The position numbers were made by a program, and so were the translations under genes. This document shows positions 58,725-64,000 of a stretch of DNA of 64,000 nucleotides, in pieces (positions within the stretch are counted from its first letter, which is position 1; each line of letters begins with the position of its first letter). This DNA comes from an uncultured delta proteobacterium (GTDB lineage: Bacteria > Desulfobacterota > Binatia > UBA9968). Where the stretch lies: NCBI GenBank assembly GCA_963804165.1, contig CAWDPO010000001.1, positions 1-64,000 of the forward strand, written 5' to 3'. The notes beneath the pieces are model-generated. The model was not told the DNA's origin, did not search any database, and was given only the letters and a program-made list of their open reading frames with translations.

Positions 58725-59401
58725 GGCCCTTCTCCTTTTATAATCCAAGCGCGAGATGCTTCGAACAGGTTGACGAACAGTTACAGTAAAGTGCGTGAAA
58801 CGTTAAAGCGAAGAGTACCGCAGCGTTAGCACAAGGAGAAGAAAAAAATCAGCGCGGCGGTTTTGTCGGATGCTAGATTATCCACAGCACAGTGTGAATA
58901 AATTGTTTATAAGGTCCGTCAAGCGTTGATTTCGCCAGCCGTTGCGCCATCAGCCTCACATTGCCTAACGCATGAGCGACGACGAAAAAAGTTGCGGCGC
59001 CACTCCAGTTTCTTTCCGGCTGTTCAGCTCGCCCGAGTTTGTGGTCAAATTGACGCACAGCACAAAGTTTCCAAGGTATCAGGGTGAATATTGGTGAGTG
59101 AATATTGCATTGGTGTCTGGCTTTACAGATTGACTGATCGATCTAAAGCTCGCCGACCAAGATCCGACAAAGATGCAGATCAGAGCCGTCAGGTGGGTAA
59201 ACTGAGATACCGCGCTTGACGAGTTCGCCGGCTGCTCCTATAGGGCAGCGAGCCGGTAACCGGCGCGATGGCGCGCAGCGCATGATTTGGCGGCTGACGT
59301 TACCGCATCATCTATTCGACCGCGCATAGCGAAGCATGACGTCACCGGAGGGGTACTGCTTGGACTCGACGAAATCCAGTCTCAAGTTTTGACATGATCT
59401 C

Positions 59402-61094
59402 TTAGGTTGGCACATTCGCGCGACGCTCTGCCGGCTCGTCAGGCTGTCCTGCCGTGATCATGTCGCGGTTGGCGCGCCCCGGTGGCACGATCGGGTAAAC
59501 GTTCTCATCGCCCGCGATCGGCACATTGACGAGACACGGGCCCGGTTGGCGCAGCGCTTCGGCAAGGGCCGCCGAAGGGTTCTCTGCTTGGCCAAGATCG
59601 ATCGCGCGAATGCCAAAGCCACGGGCGATGGCGACGAAGTCCGTGCTCCCCAGGTAGGAACCGTGATAGCGGCCGCCGTAGAAGAGTTGTTGCTGCTGGC
59701 GCACCATTCCCAACTGGGCGTTGTTGAGCAGGATGATTTTAACTTCGACATATTCCTCGGCAGCCGTGGCGAGCTCTTGCAGGTTCATGAGCAAGCTGCC
59801 GTCGCCGGTGAAACAAGCGACCGTGCGGTCGGGGAGCGATGCGGCACGATGGAGCCGGCGGCCGAAGACGATCATGTCTTTGCCGCCGAAGTTAGCCATT
59901 GGCGCGGACGCTTGAAGGGATAGGCCTGCGCTGCCCACATCTGGTGCTGTCCGACGTCGGTGGTGATGATGGCGTCTTCCGGCAAAAGAGCGGCGGCGGC
60001 GCGGATAATTCCGTACGGCCGCAACGGGTCGTCTGCGCCGGGCATCATGAGCGGATAGCGCGCTCGAACAGCGTATGACCCGACGCATCCACTGGCAACG
60101 GCTGTCGCGCGCAACCAGGGGCGCCAAAGCGGCGAGCGCGTCGCGGATATCGGCCACGAGCCCGAGGCTCGGCTCTTATGGTCTGCCGATTCGCGCGGGT
60201 CGAGTATGTGAAGAATTTGACATGCGGGCAGAACTCCGCCGCTTTTCCGGTGGCTCGGTCATCGAAGCGCACGCCCAACCCGACCAGCAGATCGCACTCG
60301 TCGAGCAGCATGTTAGTAAAACGCGCCGCGTGCATGCCGACCATGCCCAGGTAAAGCGGATGGTCGTGCGGCAACGCTCCCAGGCCGAGCAACGTGACCG
60401 CCGCCGGAAGCGCCGCCTTCTCCATCAAGTTACGCAAGTCGCGTCGACGTGCCCGCGGCGATCACTCCGGAGCTGATCGAGAAGAGCAGTTTTGCGCGCG
60501 TTGATCATTGCCGCGGCGCGGCCAAGATCCTCGTCGTGAACTCAGCGGCGGCGGATCGGCGCGGCCGGGCTCGGGAAACGAAGCCCGTCGACCGATTCGG
60601 TCTGCACGTCCTTCGGAACATCGACCAGCATCGTAAGTCCCGGACGGCCCGAAACCGCAAGGCGAAAGGCCCGTGGAATGACTTCGAGCAACTCCGCGGC
60701 GGAGCGCACCAGGAAATTGTGCTTGGTGACGGGCAAGCTCAGCCCGAAGGTGTCGACTTCTTGAAAAGCTCGGTGCCGATCATGTTACGCGGCCTTGGCC
60801 GGTGCTCGCCATCGGGCAGGACCGAATCCAGTTTCCGTCGGCGATGGCGGTGAGCAGGTTGGTCGCTCCGGGTCCCGACGTGCCCAGGCACACCGGCGGC
60901 ACAGCCGGTGGCGCGCGCCATGCCCTGCGCGATAAATCCAGCGCCATGTCGTGGCGCGAGAAGCCATGGCGAATCGTCCTGCCGGCGCGCGTCGTACATA
61001 AGACACCTTCGACGCCGCAGGGGATGCGGGCAATCGTCGTCACACCGTGGCGCTCGAGGAGCGCTGGAAGAATCTGGGAACCTGTAAGTCTCAT
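59402..61094 (-). pseudogene. ilvB: Acetolactate synthase large subunit, many frameshifts
   Basis: Fragments in order: [91 protein letters not shown]. Confidence 0.85.
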
Positions 61095-61152
61095 GGGAGC
61101 TTTCCTCTCTTCGATTTGCTCCCTGCGTAGCTTGCGGAGACGGCAGGCGGGT

Positions 61153-61200
61153 GAAAAAACAAAACCCCCGCCGGCCATCGCGGCCGGCAGGGGTTTTTTA
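61153..61200 (-). terminator. Attenuator terminator upstream of ilvB
   Basis: aaaacccctgccggcc-gcgat-ggccggcgggggtttt followed by a U-rich tail. Confidence 0.85.
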
Positions 61201-61220
61201 AAATTGTTGCTACTTTCCCG

Positions 61221-61319
61221 CTAGGACGCGACGGTGCCGTTGATCAAAACTACTACGACTACGAGGCCTAAAAAGAGCGCGTTCAAAGCCACCGTCTTGC
61301 GCGTCCGAGTCGTGAACAT
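61221..61319 (-). CDS. ilvB attenuation leader peptide (32 aa)
   Basis: MFTTRTRKTVALNALFLGLVVVVVLINGTVAS*; Leu/Val run ending ~20 nt before the terminator; alternative TTG start at 61286. Confidence 0.8.
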   Translation of the reverse strand: MFTTRTRKTVALNALFLGLVVVVVLINGTVAS

Positions 61320-61433
61320 GAGGACGAAGCTAGCATCAATTTCCTCGCGCCGCAAACCGGAACGCGGCTCAGGAACTTGGTGTCGGTCAAAACATTAAAC
61401 GACCGCCGCAACATTAGTGAATCTAATTTGCCG

Positions 61434-62150
61434 TTATCTCCATGTTTGGTGAAAACCCGCGCGCCAAGCCGCAATCTTTTGAGCGGCGCTCACCGAGCGA
61501 TCCTCACCGGCCGAACTCTGTTCCGACGAAATTGCCGCGAAAGCCTCGGCAATGCGCGGCGGCGCGCTCGGGCGGGCGTACATCCGTTTCATGTAGGCAA
61601 GCAGCTGCGGGCATTCGCCGAGCAATTTATCCTCGTTGCCCCAGTCGAGCGTGTACGCCGCCACGAAATCGGCGACCGTCGCGTTATCGCCCGCGACGAA
61701 CTCCCGCCCCTGCATGTGCTTCTCCAGCACGGCTGCCATCTCCTTGAACTCCCGGCCCGCGATGACCACGTCTTCCGGCAAGCGCTGCTCTTCCGGGTAC
61801 AGCGCCGTATGGCGCGAAATGCGCCACAGCGGCTGCTCCAACTCCGTCGCCGCGAAGAGCAACCAGCGATTCACTTGGGCGCGCTGCTCGAGGTCGGTGG
61901 GAAGGAAACCCTTGTCCGAATATTTTTCGCCCAAGTAGAGTACGATCGCCACCGACTCGGTGAGCACCAGGTCGTCGTCAACGAGCACGGGTATTTTACC
62001 GGCGGGATTGATCTTGAGGAACTCGGGGCGCCGGTGCTCGCCGGCTATGAGATTGACGCGGATCGGCTCGAAGTCGACGCCGAGCTCCTGCAGCGTCCAG
62101 CGCGCGCGGATCGATCGGGTCGGGCCGAATTCGTAAAGTTTCATCTTCAT
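61434..62150 (-). CDS. Glutathione S-transferase family protein
   Basis: RSIRARW.L.ELG, INPAGKIPVL, ESVAI..YL, TVAD. Confidence 0.9.
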   Translation of the reverse strand: MKMKLYEFGPTRSIRARWTLQELGVDFEPIRVNLIAGEHRRPEFLKINPAGKIPVLVDDDLVLTESVAIVLYLGEKYSDKGFLPTDLEQRAQVNRWLLFAATELEQPLWRISRHTALYPEEQRLPEDVVIAGREFKEMAAVLEKHMQGREFVAGDNATVADFVAAYTLDWGNEDKLLGECPQLLAYMKRMYARPSAPPRIAEAFAAISSEQSSAGEDRSVSAAQKIAAWRAGFHQTWR

Positions 62151-62277
62151 CGTTCACTCCTTCCTTGATGTTCCGTTCAAATTGTTCAAGTGGTTCGACA
62201 GAGCTCACCATGAGCGGGATTTTAATCGCTGCGCTCCGTTCAAAACGTTCAAGCCGTTATGCAACGTCGGTATGGCG

Positions 62278-62730
62278 CTACGGTTTGAGGTCGACCGCGG
62301 CTTTGAAGCTGCCGTCCATGTAGAAGGGCACGGAGCTGTGCTCATGCGTGATCTTCCACTGGCCGTCGATCTTGCGAAAGCCGAGGGTGTCGCGAAACCA
62401 GAGGTCGACTTTTTCTCCCTTAGTCGTCGTTGCCATCATCCGGTTCAAGCTGTGGCAGAAACCGACGTCGTTGCCTGCCGTGATGTTGAGGTCGCGATTT
62501 TCGTAATCGATCGGTCCTTGGAACGAAGAAAACCATTTCTCGAGGCCGTTTTTGTCGAACGGATGATCTTTCGTGTATTGGAGCGGAGGCGCCAAGGTGA
62601 ACTTAACGTTGTCCGCCGCATATTGAGAGACCACGCCGTCGGCATCCTTCGCACGCATGGCGCTCGCCCATCTATCGATCACCGCGCGGATTGCGGCTTC
62701 TTCATTTGCCTTTGTGCCGGTTGTCGTCAT
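62278..62730 (-). CDS. SnoaL/NTF2-like protein (YybH type)
   Basis: EAAIRA.I..W..A...KD, LAPPL, W.R.T...RK.DG.WKI.HEH.SVPF. Confidence 0.85.
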   Translation of the reverse strand: MTTTGTKANEEAAIRAVIDRWASAMRAKDADGVVSQYAADNVKFTLAPPLQYTKDHPFDKNGLEKWFSSFQGPIDYENRDLNITAGNDVGFCHSLNRMMATTTKGEKVDLWFRDTLGFRKIDGQWKITHEHSSVPFYMDGSFKAAVDLKP

Positions 62731-63177
62731 TTCTGTCTCCTTTCTGCCGATACCAGTGCTTCGATTCGCTGCTTTTGCCCCTTCATTAATACGACGAACC
62801 AAGGAGCCGTCTCGGGACATATTTTTGGGCTCTCTATAATTTAATTGTGTCAAAATCGAGCCGGATCTGAAGGGCGCGTCTGAAAATTTACTGTTGTCGA
62901 CGATCCCGGACTCTGCGCTTTTGTTGTAAAATGTCATCGATTCTCTTAATGACCCGGACTTGGAGAACTATCAGCAGGCAAAAACAAGCCTTAGGTCGGT
63001 GATCGGGCCCGCAGTTTCTTTTCGAGCAATCCGACAGAGCACTTTTGGGGTATGAACCCTCTACCTGGGGGGGATACCATGTAGTAGGAGCTCCACGGAG
63101 ATGGCAGGATATATGGAGGGCCAAGTTAGCCCGGCACCGATGCATTACGCGGGACGCGCCGCAAGAAGGTCGTAACA

Positions 63178-64000
63178 ATGGCTGAAGACGAGGATCAACA
63201 AACCAGACAATACCTGCTCGCACGTTTTTGGGAGGCGGCTCTTGGCTTCTGGCGCAAAGGCGGCGGGCGGACCGCGTGGTTGCTGACTTTCACGGTGATC
63301 ACGATTGCGTTTGTCAATCTCGGTCTTCAGTACCGGCTGAACGTATGGCACCGCGCCATGTTCGATGCGCTCGACAAGCGCGATGGCAGCGAGGTGCTGT
63401 ACCAATCGATGATCTTTTTCCCGCTGATCTTCGCTGGTGTGAGCGTGGCGGCAGCGGCCACCTATGCAAAATTGACGCTGCAGCGCGGATGGCGCGAATG
63501 GCTGAATGCGCACGTGCTCGATCAGTGGCTCACCAACGGCCGTTATTATCAGCTCAACTTGGTTCCGGGCGATCACAGCAACCCGGAACATCGCGTGGCT
63601 GAGGACCTGCGCCTGAGTGTCGACGCTCCGGTCGAGTTTGCGATCGGCGTCTTCTCGGCAGTCATCTCGGCAATCACTTTCATCGGCGTGCTCTGGTTCA
63701 TCGGCGGTGAGCTCGCGATCCCGGTGGGCAGCACGATACTCCACATCCCTGGTTTTTTGGTGATCGCCGCTTTTCTCTACGCGGTGCTGGCCAGCGGATC
63801 GATGGTTAGCATCGCGCGCGGCTTCGTCGTCGTGGCCGAGAATAAGAACCAGGCGGAGGCCGATTACCGATATGCGCTCACGCGTCTGCGCGAAAATGGC
63901 GAGAGCATCGCGATGCTCGGCGGCGAGAATGAGGAACGCGCCGGCCTGGATGCGGCATTCACGACAGTCCGCAGGCGCTGGCGCGAACTCATGATGCAGT
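63178..64000 (+). CDS. ABC transporter permease/ATP-binding protein (YddA/BacA-like), 3' partial
   Basis: Open frame from ATG 63178 to the window end: LNVWHRAMFDAL, QRGWREWL, NPEHRVAED, EADYRYAL.RLRENGESIA. Confidence 0.85.
   Translation, partial: MAEDEDQQTRQYLLARFWEAALGFWRKGGGRTAWLLTFTVITIAFVNLGLQYRLNVWHRAMFDALDKRDGSEVLYQSMIFFPLIFAGVSVAAAATYAKLTLQRGWREWLNAHVLDQWLTNGRYYQLNLVPGDHSNPEHRVAEDLRLSVDAPVEFAIGVFSAVISAITFIGVLWFIGGELAIPVGSTILHIPGFLVIAAFLYAVLASGSMVSIARGFVVVAENKNQAEADYRYALTRLRENGESIAMLGGENEERAGLDAAFTTVRRRWRELMMQ

Noticed and set aside
62781-62822. ECF-like promoter (TGTCCC-N17-CGTC) upstream of the SnoaL gene
   Set aside because: Single occurrence; does not match the 44926-45027 motif, and no cognate sigma is visible

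Overview
High-GC bacterial window in two parts. The gene families and intergenic repeat types suggest a soil lineage such as Ca. Binatia (inference only). (1) 1-40.9 kb is an aromatic-catabolism supercluster. It holds two shuffled copies of a Rieske oxygenase / Gfo-Idh-MocA dehydrogenase / UbiD decarboxylase trio, five LigB-fold ring-cleavage dioxygenases plus a LigA-like subunit, a PanB homolog lacking the catalytic Glu, a heme-oxygenase-like diiron enzyme, two alpha/beta hydrolases, a meta-cleavage lower pathway (mhpD/F/E-like), an IclR regulator, and about 10 solute-binding proteins with only one ABC permease/ATPase pair. A recurring promoter-operator cassette (TTGACA-N17/18-TAGTRT-N10-12-GTCTYA-N5-TGAGAC) precedes four of its operons, and a fifth copy is orphaned at the island edge. 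(2) 41.4-64 kb contains an ECF-sigma-led alkylation repair operon (Ogt-Ada Zn fusion, AlkA, Ogt, 2OG-Fe(II) oxygenase) with twin divergent promoter-like motifs. It also has a run of detoxification/redox genes, gene remnants, a broken ilvB with an intact Leu/Val attenuator, a GST, a SnoaL protein and a partial ABC transporter. Scattered 1-nt frameshifts suggest long-read consensus errors. No rRNA, tRNA, CRISPR array or transposase was seen. All family assignments come from motif recognition, not database searches.
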